Part shown: positions 42,167-52,163 of the stretch, in pieces | How positions within the stretch are numbered: the first letter of the stretch is position 1 | Layout of the letters: each line of letters opens with the position of its first letter | Assembly (NCBI GenBank): GCA_963828255.1 | Contig: CAWHDZ010000030.1 | Location: 142,574 to 206,573, forward strand | From: an uncultured delta proteobacterium | GTDB taxonomy: Bacteria > Myxococcota > Myxococcia > Myxococcales > Anaeromyxobacteraceae | Reading direction: 5' to 3' | DNA length: 64,000 nucleotides | Program-made: the position numbers and the translations under genes | Notes under the pieces: model-generated | What the model saw: only the letters and a program-made list of their open reading frames with translations | Told to the model about the DNA's origin: nothing | The model's database searches: none

Positions 42167-43321
42167 ATGCTGGAGATCCTCGAGACACCCGTGAAGCTGA
42201 GCCTGCCCCTCGGGCAGCACCCGCACTGCCTGCTGGCCCAGATCCCCGACCACCTGGTGCGCGGCGACCTGGGCTACGTGGTGCCCGGGCCGGAGGAGCA
42301 GTGGGCGCGGGTCCGGTCGGTGCTGGACCTGGTGACCGAGGGGAACGGCGGCTTTCGCAAGCTCCACTTCCTGGTCTTCCCCGAGGGCTGCCTGCCGCTC
42401 TCCCACCTCGACGACATGCTGGGCGCCATCGAGCGGCAGATCCAGGCCAGCACGGTGACCATGTTCGGCCTCGAGCACGTCCCGCTCGAGACCTTCCACG
42501 GGCTCCTGATGCGCTTCCGCGACGACAACGCCCGGGCGCTCGCGCTGGTGGAGGAGGACCTGGAGTCGGGGAGCGACCCGGCCATGCCGGTGAACCTCTC
42601 CTGCGTGGTGGTCCGGGAGGACGACGGAAAGGTCCGGGTCTTCCTCCAGGCCAAGGGGCACCCCTTTCACGGGGAGGAATACCTGGACAAGAGCCACGAC
42701 CTCTACCGGGGGCGGATCGTCCACCACTTCCGCGGGACGTCGTCCTTCAACTTCATGGTCCTCATCTGCCTCGACTACCTGTACCGGGACCTCTTCTCCT
42801 CGAACATCCGGCGCATCGTGGACCACGCCAACCAGAACTTCTTCCGGACCCGCCAGGGCCTGGACGCACTCTTCGTCATCCAGGCCAACCCCAAGCCGGA
42901 GCACCGGGCCTACCGGGAGGTGCTCTCCGGCTTCTACGGGGAGTACCTGGAGGACACCCCGGGGGTGCGCGACACCGTGACCGTCTTCGGGAACTGCTCC
43001 GACGAGAGCCACATCGAGGGCGGCGAGGGGCACGGCGCCTACGGCGTGTCGTCGGCGGTGATCGGCCCCCGGCACAACCTCGTGAGCGTGGCGCTGTCCG
43101 AGTTCTCCACCGACGACTTCGGCGGAGCCCCGCTGTGCCGGCTGCGCTTCGGCACCGCCACGCGCCTCTACTACTTCAACCTCCCGCTCCACCACGAGCT
43201 CGACCCGCGGTCGTCCCGGCTGCCCCTCAAGGTGCACGGCATCTACTGCCCGACGCCGGAGGGAGGGTGGCGGAAGATCTCGGGCGACGAGATGGTGCAG
43301 GGGGTGGGCGCGGCCGGGTAG
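42167..43321 (+). CDS. Hypothetical protein with nitrilase/C-N hydrolase-like motifs
   Basis: Long ORF with host codon usage; LVFPE, QAKGHP and LICLD in E-K-C order. Confidence 0.65.
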   Translation: MLEILETPVKLSLPLGQHPHCLLAQIPDHLVRGDLGYVVPGPEEQWARVRSVLDLVTEGNGGFRKLHFLVFPEGCLPLSHLDDMLGAIERQIQASTVTMFGLEHVPLETFHGLLMRFRDDNARALALVEEDLESGSDPAMPVNLSCVVVREDDGKVRVFLQAKGHPFHGEEYLDKSHDLYRGRIVHHFRGTSSFNFMVLICLDYLYRDLFSSNIRRIVDHANQNFFRTRQGLDALFVIQANPKPEHRAYREVLSGFYGEYLEDTPGVRDTVTVFGNCSDESHIEGGEGHGAYGVSSAVIGPRHNLVSVALSEFSTDDFGGAPLCRLRFGTATRLYYFNLPLHHELDPRSSRLPLKVHGIYCPTPEGGWRKISGDEMVQGVGAAG

Positions 43322-43370
43322 GCCGTCGGCCCCTGTGCCGCGGCCGCGCCTTGGTCTACAAGTGCTGCTC

Positions 43371-44472
43371 GTGACCCGCGAGCCCTACATCCTGCGCCAG
43401 CGGTCGGAGCACGGCCGCAAGTCCGTCGCGGTCCTCCCGGTCCACTACCCGAAGGAGCTCCTCACCGCGCTCGACCTGCTCGCCGTCGAGGTCTGGGGAC
43501 CGCCGGGCGCGCCGCGCGGGGACGACGCCGGTCGCGATCCAGACCTACGTCTGCGCGGTGGTGCGCAACGCCCTCGGGTTCCTGGCCTCGGGCGGCGCGG
43601 ACATGGTGGACGCGGCGCTCTTCCCCCACACCTGCGACTCGATCCAGCAGCTCGCCACGCTGGCCCCGGACTTCGGGGGCTGGAAGAAGCCTTCGATCAC
43701 CTTTCTCCACCCCAAGGATCCCGGCCGCCCCAGCGCCCGTACCTTCGCGCTGGCCGAGCTTCACGCCCTGGCCGGGAAGCTCGAGGCCGTGGCGGGAAGG
43801 AAGCTCGAGCCCGACCGGCTCGCCGCCGCCATCCGGCTCCACCGCGAGATCGACGCCTGCCGCGCGGCACTGCTCGACGGGCGCGCCTCGTTGCCCCTCG
43901 ACGACCGCGAGCTCTACGCGCTGCTGCGGCGCGGCGAGTGGCTCTGGCCCGAGGAGCACCTCTCCGAGCTCCGCGACGCCCGGGCGCGCCTCGGGACGGG
44001 GAAGCCGCAGGCGGGAGTCCCGGTGCTCGTGACCGGCTACGTGCCCGAGCCGGCGGCGTTGCTCGGGATCCTGAACGGCGCCGGCGCCTTCGTGGCCGCC
44101 GACGACTACGCCGCGGTGGGGCGCCGTCTGGTGCGCGAGGCCGATCTTCCCGTCGCCGACCCCTGGGCGGCGCTCCTCGACAGGTACCTCGCGGCGCCTC
44201 CCTGCCCGACCCGGTCGGCCGACCAGGGCGCCCGGATGCGCCACCTCGAGACCCTGCTCGACCGCAGCGGTTCACGCGGAGTGGTCATCCACGTGGTGAA
44301 GTTCTGCGAGCCCGAGCTCTTCGACGTCCCGGCCATCCGCCGCACCTTCGCGTCCCGCGGCGTCCCGGTGCTCCACCTGGAGGGCGAGCTGGAGCGGCAG
44401 CTCTCCGGTCAGGTGGAGACCCGCATCGAGGCGTTCGCCGAGATGATCTCCGGCCCGGGAGGTGCGGCGTGA
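43371..44472 (+). CDS. 2-hydroxyacyl-CoA dehydratase / BcrC-like subunit (1-nt frameshift near 43535)
   Basis: HYPKELL..VEVWG in one frame; IQTYVCAVV, PHTCDS and KFCEPE in the next. Confidence 0.8.
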
Positions 44473-45782
44473 TCCTGCGGCGCGCGCAGTACGAGCTGGC
44501 GCATCGCGCGGTGGGCCCCTTCCTGGCCGCGCTCGACGACTGGCAGCGGCGGCGCACGAAGCGACCGGCCCGGGAGAGCCCGTTCGCCCCCCCGCTCGAG
44601 TCGCTCCACGCCCTCAAGAGCTTGATGATGAAGCACTACTTCGAGGGGCGGTACGCCGACGGCGCCGTTCCCGTGGCCTGGGTGACGAGCGGGTTCCCGG
44701 TGGAGTTCCTGCGGACCCTGGGATTCCACACCGTCTACCCCGAGAACCACGCGGCCATCTGCGGGGTGGGCCGGCTCGTCCCGGCGCTCTCCGATGCGGT
44801 GGAGGCGGAAGGCTATTCGCGCGACCTGTGCAGCTACGTCCGCTCCGATCTCGGCTCGATCGCCACCGGCAAGTCGCCGGTGGGGCGGCTCCCACGCCCC
44901 GACCTGCTCGCCTGCTGCACGAACATCTGCCAGACGGTCCTCTACTGGTACCGGGACCTGGCCCGCCACTTCGGGGTTCCGCTCGTCCTCGTCGACACCC
45001 CGTTCGTCTACGGCGAGCCGTCCGCCCACCAGACGCAGTACGTGGTCGACCAGCTCGAGGAGGGCATCGCCATCGCCGAGCGGGTGGCGCGTCGGCCGCT
45101 CGACCGGGAGAAGCTCTCCGAGACGGCGCGCCTCTCCCGCGAGGGGAGCGAGCTCTGGGGACAGTGCCTGGAGACCGCCCGGACCCGCCCCGCTCCCTGG
45201 ACCGGCGTGGACGGATTCTTCCACCTGGGACCGGTCGTGGCGCTGCGCGGTTCCGAGGAGTGCAACGCCTACTACCGGGTTCTGCTCGACGAGCTGCGCG
45301 ACCGGGTGGCGAAGGGAATCGGGGGGCTCAAGGGCGAGGAGAAGCACCGCCTCCTGTGGGACAACCTGCCCATCTGGTACGCGACCCGCGAGATCACGAC
45401 GCTGCTCGGGAGCCAGGGCTTCAACTTCGTCTGCACGACCTACACGAACGCCTGGGCGGAGGCCTCGAGCGGCATCGACCCGGCCGATCCGGTTCGCTCG
45501 GCGGCCACCACCTACTCGCAGATCATGCTGAACCGCGATCTCCCCAACAAGCTCCGGCTGATCTCGCAGATGGCGCGGAAGTTCGAGGCCGACGGGGCGG
45601 TCCTCCACAGCGACCGCTCCTGCAAGCCCTACTCGATCGGGCAGATCGACCTGAAGGACAGGCTTTCGAGCGACCTGGGGATCAAGGCGCTGCTCCTCGA
45701 GGCCGACCACAACGACCCCCGCTCCTGGGCCAGCGAGCTCTCCCAGAACCGGCTCGGCGCCTTCATGGAGAGCTTCGGATGA
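44469..45782 (+). CDS. 2-hydroxyacyl-CoA dehydratase / BcrB-like subunit
   Basis: YPENH, YSRDLCSY, TNICQT, HSDRSCKPYS, LEADHNDPR. Confidence 0.85.
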   Translation: MILRRAQYELAHRAVGPFLAALDDWQRRRTKRPARESPFAPPLESLHALKSLMMKHYFEGRYADGAVPVAWVTSGFPVEFLRTLGFHTVYPENHAAICGVGRLVPALSDAVEAEGYSRDLCSYVRSDLGSIATGKSPVGRLPRPDLLACCTNICQTVLYWYRDLARHFGVPLVLVDTPFVYGEPSAHQTQYVVDQLEEGIAIAERVARRPLDREKLSETARLSREGSELWGQCLETARTRPAPWTGVDGFFHLGPVVALRGSEECNAYYRVLLDELRDRVAKGIGGLKGEEKHRLLWDNLPIWYATREITTLLGSQGFNFVCTTYTNAWAEASSGIDPADPVRSAATTYSQIMLNRDLPNKLRLISQMARKFEADGAVLHSDRSCKPYSIGQIDLKDRLSSDLGIKALLLEADHNDPRSWASELSQNRLGAFMESFG

Positions 45783-46546
45783 GCGGGGCCGCGGCAGTCG
45801 GCGTGGACGTCGGTTCGACCACCTGCAAGGTGGTCGCCATCGACGGCGCGGGAGCCATCGTCGCCCGGCGCGTCGAGTCGACCGATCCGCGGATCGAGCG
45901 GCAGGTGGAGCGGCTCCTGGGGGAGCTGCTCGGCGAGGCGGGGCGCGGGCTTCCGGTCGGCGCCACCGGGTACGGCCGCAAGCGGGTTCCCGGCGCCCGG
46001 GCCCTCACCGAGATCACCTGCCACGCGCGCGGCGCGTTCGCGCGGGCCGGCCGGGCGGCCGTGCTCGTGGACATGGGTGGCCAGGACACCAAGGTGATCC
46101 GCATCGGCGCCGCGGGGGACGTGGTGGACTTCGCCATGAACGACAAGTGCGCCGCAGGCACGGGTCGGTTCCTCGAGGTGGTGCTGGGACGGCTTCACGT
46201 TCCGTTCGAGGGGCTCGCCGAGATGGTGGCCGCCGCGCCGCGCGCCGTCCCGGTCTCGAGCACGTGCACCGTCTTCGCCGAGAGCGAGGTCATCTCGCTC
46301 GTCGCCGCCGACGAGCCCGTCGAGGGGATCGTGAAGGGGCTGCACGTCGCGCTGGCCTCCCGGGTGGCGTCGCTGGCCAGGGGTTCGCTCGGCGGTGAGG
46401 AAGTCCTCATGAGCGGTGGGGTGGCGCTGAACGGCGCCATGGTTGCGGCGCTGCGGGACGCCCTGGGCAGGCCCATACGGGTGCTGCCCGAGCCGCAGCT
46501 CACCGGGGCGCTGGGGGCTGCGCTGTCGGTGCTCCCTGGTCGGTGA
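45779..46546 (+). CDS. ATP-dependent dehydratase activase (HgdC/BadF-G, ASKHA)
   Basis: GVDVGSTTCK, ATGYGR, TEITCH, DMGGQDTK, MNDKCAAGTG, STCTVFAESE. Confidence 0.93.
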   Translation: MSGAAAVGVDVGSTTCKVVAIDGAGAIVARRVESTDPRIERQVERLLGELLGEAGRGLPVGATGYGRKRVPGARALTEITCHARGAFARAGRAAVLVDMGGQDTKVIRIGAAGDVVDFAMNDKCAAGTGRFLEVVLGRLHVPFEGLAEMVAAAPRAVPVSSTCTVFAESEVISLVAADEPVEGIVKGLHVALASRVASLARGSLGGEEVLMSGGVALNGAMVAALRDALGRPIRVLPEPQLTGALGAALSVLPGR

Positions 46547-46789
46547 CGCGGGCCGGGGCGGGGCCGCTGCGAACGCTCCGCATCATCTGGCATGCCAGGA
46601 TTTGCGTGAAAATGTGTCAAGTTAAATCAATAAAATCATACATGTAAGCGATTTCTCGAAATCTCTCATCACGCTTGCGCCGGTGCTTGACTGCCTACAC
46701 GGACTTCTGTCCGTATGCGTCAATGTCACATGAATATGTGTCGTTGGTTCATGGGACATTTTCAGTCAGCCCAAACCAGGAGCGTGCAA

Positions 46790-48700
46790 ATGAGAAAGAC
46801 ATCATGGTCCGTCGGGATATCGCTTGTGGTGAGCGTCATCGTCCTCGGCTGCGGCGGTTCAAGCGGTAGTCAAAGCTCCACCGCGCCAGCAAGCCTGGCG
46901 GGCATCGCCTCATCCGACTCCCCGGTCGCCTCGGTGTCCCTGAAGGATTCGGCGTCGCCTCGGCGCCACGTCGTGACGACCCCTGACACCAGCGGGAGCT
47001 TCTCCTTCGACGTGGCGGATTTCACCCCGCCGTTCGCCCTGAAGGCGAAGACGGCTTCCGGAGCCGAGTACGCCATCGCGGCGAAGAGCGGTGTCGCCAA
47101 CGTCAACCCGATCACCACCGTTGCAGCCTACGCAGCCTACGAAGCCGATGATGACGATGATGACGACGATGCCGAGGAGTCCTGGTCGGGCGGCAGCGCC
47201 GGGTCATCCAAGGACATCGAGCGGGTGATCAAGAGCCTCAGCACGGTGCTCCGGCCGCTCTTCGACCTCTACGGGATCCGGCGCATCGGGGAGGACGACG
47301 AGGGCTGGAGACTCCGTGCCCTGCTCCGCGACGTGAGCTTCCAGGTGAAGTCTGGCGTGGTCACCGTGACGAACAGGGCGACCGGCGGCATCATCTTCAC
47401 CGGCAAGATCAGGGACCTCTCCTCGGGCACGTTCTACCCCGAGAACATGCCCGCTGGACCCGGCGGGGGCACGCCTTCGACCTGCACCGGGTTCACGTAC
47501 AACCCCTGGGGCGCCTGCCAGTCGAACAACACCCAGACCCGCACGGTGGCGTCCTCGTCCCCGAGCGGCTGCACGGGCGGGACGCCGGTCCTCACCCAGG
47601 CGTGCACCTACGTGCCGCCTCCGCCCGCTGCCTGCCAGTACACCTACACCAGCTGGGGCGCCTGCCAGTCGAACGGGACGCAGACCCGCACCGTGGTCAC
47701 GTCCGGCCCCACCGGATGCACGGGTACCCCGGTCCTCTCCCAGTCCTGCACCTACGTGCCTCCTCCGGTGACCTGCAGCTCCTTCACCTACTCGGCGTTC
47801 GGAGCCTGCCAGTCGAACAGTACGCAGACGCGCACCGTGCTGACCTCGTCCCCGACGGGCTGCACGGGCGGGACGCCGGTCCTCACCCAGGCGTGCAACT
47901 ACGTGCCGCCGGTGGTGACCTGCAGCTCCTTCACGTACTCGGCGTTCGGAGCCTGCCAGCCGAACAACACGCAGACGCGCACCGTGCTGACCTCGTCCCC
48001 GACGGGCTGCACGGGCGGGACGCCGGTCCTCTCCCAGTCCTGCACCTACGTGCCTCCTCCGGTGACCTGCAGCTCCTTCACCTACTCGGCGTTCGGAGCC
48101 TGCCAGTCGAACAGTACGCAGACGCGCACCGTGCTGACCTCGTCCCCGACGGGCTGCACGGGCGGGACGCCGGTCCTCACCCAGGCGTGCAACTACGTGC
48201 CGCCGGTGGTGACCTGCAGCTCCTTCACCTACTCGGCGTTCGGAGCCTGCCAGCCGAACAACACGCAGACGCGCACCGTGCTGACCTCGTCCCCGACGGG
48301 CTGCACGGGCGGGACGCCGGTCCTCACCCAGGCGTGCAACTACGTGCCGCCGACCTGCACGTACACGTACTCGGCGTGGAGCACCTGCTCCTCCAGCGGG
48401 ACGCAGACCCGCACCGTCGCGTCGTCCACGCCGGCCGGCTGCGCGGGGACCCCGGTCCTGACGCAGACGTGCACGCCTCCGACGCAGTCGTGCAACACCT
48501 GCCACGGGGTCCCTCCCTCCACCGGGGCGCACTCTTTCCACGGGAACACGTGCGGCAATTGCCACTCCGGATACACCTCGACGAGCGCCAACGCGGCGAC
48601 GCACATGAATGGCACGAAGGATGTGAACGGGACCCGGATCACCGCCTGGGATGCGTCGACCAAGCAGTGCACGGGGTGCCACGGCTCGGCTACCTGGTAG
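46790..48700 (+). CDS. Outer-surface lipoprotein triheme c-type cytochrome with seven Cys-rich tandem repeats
   Basis: AGGAG RBS, lipobox VLGC, C-terminal CNTCH, CGNCH and CTGCH with interspersed His ligands. Confidence 0.82.
   Translation: MRKTSWSVGISLVVSVIVLGCGGSSGSQSSTAPASLAGIASSDSPVASVSLKDSASPRRHVVTTPDTSGSFSFDVADFTPPFALKAKTASGAEYAIAAKSGVANVNPITTVAAYAAYEADDDDDDDDAEESWSGGSAGSSKDIERVIKSLSTVLRPLFDLYGIRRIGEDDEGWRLRALLRDVSFQVKSGVVTVTNRATGGIIFTGKIRDLSSGTFYPENMPAGPGGGTPSTCTGFTYNPWGACQSNNTQTRTVASSSPSGCTGGTPVLTQACTYVPPPPAACQYTYTSWGACQSNGTQTRTVVTSGPTGCTGTPVLSQSCTYVPPPVTCSSFTYSAFGACQSNSTQTRTVLTSSPTGCTGGTPVLTQACNYVPPVVTCSSFTYSAFGACQPNNTQTRTVLTSSPTGCTGGTPVLSQSCTYVPPPVTCSSFTYSAFGACQSNSTQTRTVLTSSPTGCTGGTPVLTQACNYVPPVVTCSSFTYSAFGACQPNNTQTRTVLTSSPTGCTGGTPVLTQACNYVPPTCTYTYSAWSTCSSSGTQTRTVASSTPAGCAGTPVLTQTCTPPTQSCNTCHGVPPSTGAHSFHGNTCGNCHSGYTSTSANAATHMNGTKDVNGTRITAWDASTKQCTGCHGSATW
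47480..48480 (+). repeat. Coding tandem repeat, 7 units of ~147 bp (49 aa); the central four are near-identical
   Basis: GTGACCTGCAGCTCC recurs at 47768, 47915, 48062 and 48209 (147-bp period, largely A-B-A-B). Confidence 0.95.
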
Positions 48701-48742
48701 CGGAAAGCTAGACCGGAGCCTGTCACCCGACAGGCCTCCCAC

Positions 48743-48781
48743 GGGGCACCCCGTCCTCCGGGACGCGGTGCCCCTTCTCTT
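48743..48781 (+). terminator. Probable intrinsic terminator after the cytochrome gene
   Basis: GGGGCACC-CCGTCC..GGACG-CGGTGCCCC hairpin followed by TTCTCTT. Confidence 0.55.
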
Positions 48782-49141
48782 GCCCGTCGTCCCCGGGCCC
48801 GGCGCGCCTCCTCGATCTGGTTGCGAAGCCACTCGATCCCATCGATGCTGGCTGTCGTCTGCCCATCAGGGAAGCAAGCGTCCATCCACGCCCTCGGCTC
48901 CGTCGCGCACTTCCCGGCCAGCCCATGGCTCCCGTGCTCGCTGCGCACAAGATGAACCGTGACGCCAAGCAGCGCGGCGACCTGCATGTCCTTGAGCGAG
49001 GCCAGGGAGACCTGGCGGTGGGACCGTCACGCTGGCGGGATTCACCGCGACCGCAATGGTCCGGAAAACGAGAAGGGCGGAGGCGCCTGCGCGCCCCCGC
49101 CCCATTTTCACGGAGAGTCGGTGCTCTCCGTCCCCGTCAGG

Positions 49142-50003
49142 CTAGGGGATGGTCGACGCCGCGTCGATGATCGTCTGCCGGCCGTTCTCGAACGTGGTCG
49201 GCACCCAGCCCTGGCCGTAGGCGTGGATCCGGAGACCGAACTGCGTGGACTGCACGCCCGACTGGTGGCAGCTCATGCAGGAGGCCGCAGTCGCGCCCAT
49301 GAGCACGTCGTCGAGCTGGTTGCCCCACGGCGCGGCGCCCGGGTCGGTGATGAGGGCGACGCCCTTGGTGGCGTTCACCGTCTCCTGGACCCAGCCGTCG
49401 GAGTGGCAGGCCGCGCAGTTGTTGATGGCCTGCGGGTAGTGCACCTCGATGAAGTTGTGGTTCTTGGTCACCTGGGTGGTGATGGCGGTGTTGCACTGCG
49501 TCCCGGTGGCGGAGCTGGGAGCGCCCGACCCCGCGACGATCTGGCAACCCGAGCCCGGCCAGCTGGCGACCGCGTCGAGGGCTTCCTTGGTCCCGAAGAA
49601 GTAGATCCCGTTCGTCCGGTAGTAGACGAGCGCCATGCCGTTCTGGGCCGAGTGGATGGCGTGGACCATGTTCCGCATGTCATAGGACTCACCCACCTTG
49701 CCGTCGTAGGCCTCGGCGGCGGTGACGCCCATGTTGACCCGTACGTTCTTCTCGCTGGACGCCGGGTTGTGGCACTCGACGCAGAGGTTCACGTTGTCGA
49801 CGCGGTTGCCGCCGTGCTGGTACATCGAGCCCAGGTGGCAGTCGATGCACTTCGCGGTGTCCACGATGGAGCGGCGCAGGTCGGCCGGGGCCGGCAGGGC
49901 GCCGTCGGTGAGCAGGTACTCGCGGACCGGGCTCTTGGCGCGGACCTGGATGACCGAGAGTCCCGGCTTCCCGGCGTCCACGGCAGGCTGGAAGAAGACC
50001 TGC
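49142..50003 (-). pseudogene. C-terminal remnant of an OmcA/MtrC-family multiheme cytochrome
   Basis: RRSIVDTAKCIDCH, HGGNR, CVECHNP, MVHAIH, YPQAINNCAACH, CMSCH; no signal peptide or N-terminal half. Confidence 0.8.
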
Positions 50004-50463
50004 GGCGCTGCATGCTCTCCATGGCAGGGCGTGCAATGTCGAGCACCGCCATGACCGTGCCCGACATGTCGGCCGGGTTCAACCGGGTCATGACGGTCTG
50101 CACGGTGTGCACCGAACTCATCTCATCACCGTGCACACCGCTGGTCAGGGTGATGCGCTTGCCAGGCTTGGCTCCCTTGGCCACGATCACCGACACGCAC
50201 CAGTACTGTCCCGTGGACATCTGCACACCCTGGAAGTAGAGCAGGTGTTTCCTGCCAGGCTCCAGGTCATCGGTGCTCAGCGAGCTCACCACCTTCTTGC
50301 CGTTGATCACGTCGCCGGTGTAGACCGTGCCGATCCTGGCCGGGGTTGCAGGGGCGCTGACTTGGGCCTGCGCCATGCCGACGCCGGTCAGTGCAATCGC
50401 GGTGACGAGCAACGATTGCATGAGACCGAGGCGCCTGCCGCCAACCAGGAATTCTCCGAGCAT
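50004..50463 (-). pseudogene. N-terminal remnant of an AstE/AspA (M14) desuccinylase-family peptidase
   Basis: GAGGAG RBS, signal peptide, SGVHGDE Zn motif; similarity ends at MQRR, where the cytochrome remnant begins. Confidence 0.75.
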
Positions 50464-50774
50464 CGTCAGCTCCTCGCTGAAGGTGCGAGATTTCAAGTCG
50501 AAGGATGACATGACAGTTGAACCGCAAAAGTCCGCACTCAGGTGCCCGATCAGCCGCCCCCTTGGCGGGCATCGTGAATGGCGACCCTGGTGGCGGCGCT
50601 TCCACGCAAAGGCTCCCCAGGAACCTGATCATCCACTAGGCTCCTGCGGAGATGAAACGCCACTGCTCGACGACAACTAGACCTCCCCTCAGCCTTTGCA
50701 ATCCCGACGGATCCGCTCCCCAAAAAGTTGCCCGAAAGGTGGCTGGGGCGCAGATCGCCGCCGGCTGGTGCTGT

Positions 50775-52082
50775 CTAGCGCGGGCTTGAAGCCGCCGGGG
50801 CCGGCGTGAACAGCCGTTGCACGCGGTCCTTGAAGTCCGGCGGAAACGTCCAGTAGCGCGTGCCTTGGGGACCCTCCTGCGGCTCCAGGCCGCGGCGCTG
50901 CGGTTCGGCGCCCAGAAGCAGCAGCCCGAGCAGGTCGCCACTGACCCAGGGATCCTCGAACCAGAAGCCGTGCGAGCGCGGCGGCAGATTCGGAATGGCC
51001 GTGGGGTCCACCTTGATGATGTCGAAGCCGAGCTTGCGCGAGGCGTCGACGAGGAAGCCGGTCTGTTCCGCATCGAGCTCGGTCGGGTTGGCGCTGCCGG
51101 CGCGTGACGCGCGGTTCACGACGGCGGAAAAGCGCAGCGCCGAATCGTTCAGGTTGGCGGCGAGGCTCACCCGCCCGACGATGTCGATGTATTGCGCCAG
51201 TTCGCCGGCGAAGCGCCGGGTGTCGATGTCGGGCGCGGCGAAGTAGACCTGCGACAGCCGCAACCGCTGGCGCAGTTGTTCACGCGTTTCACCCGGCCGC
51301 GGCGTGGCCAGCTTGACCAGGCCCGGGCTGACGATCTGTGCACCCGCGCTGAACGCCACAACCTCGATCGACGACGCCTTGGTGTTCTCGGCCAGCGCCT
51401 CGATCATGCGAGCAAAGGGATCCACCGAGGCCGCAGCATTGCCGACGTCGGTGAAGTAGCGCAGGATCGACCCCGTCGATGGCCACAGGAACGACACCAT
51501 CACGACGCGCCGGCCGGTGAAGTGGCGCAACTGCGCGGCTTGCGCCGAGGCCTTCGCCACCGTGTTGTTGGCGCCGTGCACGTAGACCACCAGCTCCCTG
51601 TTCTTGCTGGCGGCCAGCGCCTTGTTGACCGAGGCGAAGAAGGCCTGCGCGTCGGCCGATCCCGCCACGCCGTCGCCCGGGCCCAGGGCGGCCATCTGCT
51701 CCAGGCCCTTGAGATGGACGATCGGGCGTTCGTCGGGGTCGTCGCTGGTCGACAGCCGGTGCAGGGTCTCCCAGTCCAGCGTGTCGTCGCCGATGCGCAT
51801 GTGGGCCACCCCCATGCGCAGGCGCTCGCTGGGCAGCAGGGTGTGCAGCGGTTCGGGCTTCTCGACCACGGCGCCGCGGTTGGTGACGTAGAACACGGGC
51901 AAGTCGGTGCCCTGCACCTGGTAGCCCGCACTCTCGAACGGGTCGACATCGCCCGAGCGGAAGCTCAACGGCGTGGGCATCAGCCGCACCGGCGATTCAC
52001 AACCGGCGAGCAGCAGGAGGACGCACAGCGCCGCCGCCCAGGATGTCGTGCCGCGCGGGCGGCCTGGCGGCTGTGTCAGCAT
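50775..52082 (-). CDS. DUF900-like alpha/beta hydrolase lipoprotein
   Basis: LAGC lipobox, FYVTNR, VYVHGANN, FLWPS, AFSAG, AAPDID. Confidence 0.8.
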   Translation of the reverse strand: MLTQPPGRPRGTTSWAAALCVLLLLAGCESPVRLMPTPLSFRSGDVDPFESAGYQVQGTDLPVFYVTNRGAVVEKPEPLHTLLPSERLRMGVAHMRIGDDTLDWETLHRLSTSDDPDERPIVHLKGLEQMAALGPGDGVAGSADAQAFFASVNKALAASKNRELVVYVHGANNTVAKASAQAAQLRHFTGRRVVMVSFLWPSTGSILRYFTDVGNAAASVDPFARMIEALAENTKASSIEVVAFSAGAQIVSPGLVKLATPRPGETREQLRQRLRLSQVYFAAPDIDTRRFAGELAQYIDIVGRVSLAANLNDSALRFSAVVNRASRAGSANPTELDAEQTGFLVDASRKLGFDIIKVDPTAIPNLPPRSHGFWFEDPWVSGDLLGLLLLGAEPQRRGLEPQEGPQGTRYWTFPPDFKDRVQRLFTPAPAASSPR

Positions 52083-52163
52083 GCCTCATTCTGCCGCAGT
52101 TCAGTCGTGCCGAGGTGTCCGTGATCTGGACCCGAGAAGGGCGGCTCGAGCTTCCGGCCTGTG

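Noticed and set aside
43335..45782. 815-aa fused dehydratase
   Set aside because: Artefact of the frameshift near 43535; two subunits with coupled stop and start at 44469-44472 fit better.
46586..46660. Sigma54, FNR or riboswitch element upstream of the stalked cytochrome
   Set aside because: The region is AT-rich and probably regulatory, but the GG-to-GC spacing is 13 rather than 10, only one FNR half-site is present, and no c-di-GMP riboswitch core is recognisable.
47480..48480. Possible CRISPR array
   Set aside because: Units are contiguous in-frame 147-bp coding repeats with no unique spacers, and no cas genes are present.
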